A DNA stretch of 17,645 bases from Pyrobaculum sp. (GTDB lineage Archaea; Thermoproteota; Thermoprotei; Thermoproteales; Thermoproteaceae). A program made the position numbers and the translations under genes. Positions 16,100 through 17,645 of the stretch are shown here, piece by piece (position 1 is the stretch's first letter; each line of letters opens with the position of its first letter). Under the pieces are notes generated by a model that worked only from the letters and a program-made list of their open reading frames with translations, was not told the DNA's origin and did no database searches. The stretch lies in the NCBI GenBank assembly GCA_046293555.1, contig JBKBOT010000033.1, forward strand, positions 1-17,645, in the 5' to 3' direction.

Positions 16100-17262
16100 G
16101 GCCAGAGCTGTGTGTAAAATGCCGCGGCGGGAGGTATCTCTGCGGGCTGTCTTACTGCCCGCTGTTAGTTAGGCAACACGTCGGGCGGGTGGGGGCGTCA
16201 AATGAGCTTTTTGGCTCCAGCCCACCCTCCGTCTTTGTGGGGAGGTGGGGGTACCCCAGGGTGAGGGTATACCCCGCGGCGCCTCCCGAGGTGGGAGACA
16301 CCTCTCACTACGAGACGCCGGGGGCGTGGCTAGACATGCCGCTAGAGAGATTTCTCTCGCTTAGGCTTTCTCTAGTCCGCGGCGCCATGGAGGACACAAG
16401 GAGGAGGCTTGAAGAAGTACAACTACTGGCGCTTTCCATAAGGCCTGTAGATGTGGAGATGCGGTTCCGCAAGCCGCCCCGCGGGGTTCATCTAGACGAA
16501 TATGTCCCCCCCAGCGGGCCTTCTGCGCCACTGCTGGAGTTTAGACTTTCTCAAAACCCCACCCTCCCAAAGGCCGCGGAGAGGGCTTATGGCGACAGGA
16601 CCCTAAAGGCGAGAGACGCCGTGTTGGAAATATATAGATCTGGCCTAGACGTGAGCTATATCTCCAGGGCCCTCAGCGTGGGGGCGTTGGGAGTCAGGAG
16701 GAGGCTGGTGCCTACCCGCTGGGCGATAACTGCGGTAGATAAGGCCGCGTCGGACTGGCTGGTGGAGAAGATAAAAGAGTTTCCAGAGGTAGATGGCTAC
16801 TACCTATACGCCAGGAGGGCAGTGGGCAACCTCTTTGTGGCAATACTGGCGCCAGCCAGGTGGGCATACGAGTGGGGAGAGGCCTTCGAGCCCGGCACGG
16901 TGTGGAACCCGGGGGGAGAGGTAGAGGTGGAGACAGACTTCGAGCTATATCGCGGCCGTAGAGACTACCCAGAGATAGGCGGCTGTTATTACGCCGCCAG
17001 GCTAGCCGCGGCGGAGGCGCTATACGCCATGAGAAGACAGGCGGCGGCCATACTGTGGAGGGAGATATATACAGGCTTCACCACCCCTGTGGGGGTCTGG
17101 TGGGTGAGAGAAAACGTGAGAGCCATGTTTCGCGAAAAGCCTGTGAGGCTGGACACCCTGGAAGAGGCCCTAGAGGCCGCCTCCTACCTCCTAAAAATCA
17201 AGACGTGGCTTAAGGCCTCGCGGCTGGTCCACATACTGAAAAGCAGCCTATTCCATACCTAA
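16096..17262 (+). CDS. nreA: Nre family archaeal DNA repair protein (DUF650/DUF651)
   Basis: N-terminal CVKCRG...LCG...CP, GSSPPSVFVGR.GYP.V, RRLVPTRWAITAVD, GR..Y..IGGCYYAARLA and PVGVW.VRENVR motifs. GTG start overlaps the lysE TGA (GTGA). Confidence 0.9.
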   Translation: MRPELCVKCRGGRYLCGLSYCPLLVRQHVGRVGASNELFGSSPPSVFVGRWGYPRVRVYPAAPPEVGDTSHYETPGAWLDMPLERFLSLRLSLVRGAMEDTRRRLEEVQLLALSIRPVDVEMRFRKPPRGVHLDEYVPPSGPSAPLLEFRLSQNPTLPKAAERAYGDRTLKARDAVLEIYRSGLDVSYISRALSVGALGVRRRLVPTRWAITAVDKAASDWLVEKIKEFPEVDGYYLYARRAVGNLFVAILAPARWAYEWGEAFEPGTVWNPGGEVEVETDFELYRGRRDYPEIGGCYYAARLAAAEALYAMRRQAAAILWREIYTGFTTPVGVWWVRENVRAMFREKPVRLDTLEEALEAASYLLKIKTWLKASRLVHILKSSLFHT

Positions 17263-17290
17263 AAGCCACTTAACCCCGCCAGAGCCCCCG

Positions 17291-17321
17291 GCCGGCGGTT
17301 GTGAACGACATGGCTGCCGGC
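17291..17321 (+). other. GC-rich stem-loop (13 bp including 4 G-U pairs)
   Basis: GCCGGCGGTTGTG-AACGA-CATGGCTGCCGGC pairs fully only on the + strand, using G-U wobbles. Function unknown. Confidence 0.5.
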
Positions 17322-17413
17322 GGCGGGAGGTCTGAAAACTGAGTCTCTTTAGCGTAAATTATTAACTTACGTCACTTGATGTAGATGGATGAGAGGCTCT
17401 ATGGCCTTCGGGC

Positions 17414-17570
17414 CCGGGATGTGGGGAGAAGCCCGAATGGGCGTAGGGTTTTGAAGTACTGTGGCTTGGAGACAGATAGAGCCGTGAGAAATCTAAGATG
17501 TGCCCTCCTCGTTCAAGGCAAAAGCCCCCGACGAGGAGGGAAGACCTAGCTTTACGCTAGGTCAGAACGG
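17414..17570 (+). mobile_element. tnpB: Degenerate 3' end of an IS200/IS605- or IS607-type tnpB element, with RNA/right-end hairpins
   Basis: Across a frameshift it reads PGCGEK / SPNGRRVLKYCGLETDRAVRNL...VQGKSPRRGGK*. This resembles the TnpB C-terminal CPxCG...C..CG...DRD..A..N(L/I) Zn-ribbon/RuvC-III region with deletions. Perfect stems at 17503-17512/17531-17540 and 17543-17550/17556-17563. Boundaries approximate. Confidence 0.7.
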
Positions 17571-17573
17571 GTC

Positions 17574-17645
17574 TTAGCCTCTGGCAAGATAAAGCAAGAG
17601 TGGCCACTCCTTTAGCCTCCCTGTCGTTGGGTCTACCTGAAGCCC
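17574..17645 (-). CDS. Possible 3' end of a minus-strand gene extending beyond the window
   Basis: Open frame ...GLQVDPTTGRLKEWPLLLYLARG* ending at TAA 17576-17574; too short to identify. Confidence 0.35.
   Translation of the reverse strand, partial: GLQVDPTTGRLKEWPLLLYLARG

Noticed and set aside
17270-17580. RNase P RNA, SRP RNA or C/D box sRNA
   Set aside because: CAGAACGGGTCTTA resembles the RNase P 3' conserved region, but there is no matching GAGGAAnnUC 5' element, no SRP helix-8 motif and no properly spaced C and D boxes. The TnpB-like translation explains the region better.

Overview
Archaeal chromosomal window, most likely Pyrobaculum/Thermoproteaceae (inferred from the CRISPR repeat GAATCTCAAAAAGAGGATTGAAAG, the gene set, and TATA boxes ~19-20 nt before leaderless ATGs). 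In order: 3' end of a citrate synthase; etfB-etfA; a small ORF coupled to a Tat-exported, Cys-type formate dehydrogenase cluster (alpha, Fe-S beta, cytochrome b gamma, FdhE-like, FdhD); a proteasome beta subunit lacking the catalytic Thr; rtcA; a NOG1-type GTPase; a DUF62 SAM hydrolase; a ~900 bp AT-rich interval; a Zn/Mn-type ABC ATPase and permease; a secreted, membrane-anchored long coiled-coil protein; a LysE transporter; an Nre DNA-repair protein; and a decayed TnpB 3' end. The ORF track misses the most interesting parts. (1) The AT-rich interval holds a 4-repeat CRISPR array with no cas genes in the window. A 46-codon membrane-peptide ORF occupies the leader position and stops inside the first repeat's 8-nt handle. 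A frameshifted TusA pseudogene with an intact promoter lies next to it. (2) The last ~370 bp hold a tnpB remnant whose RNA/right-end stems remain perfectly paired although the protein has decayed. All calls come from motif reading by eye; no searches were run.
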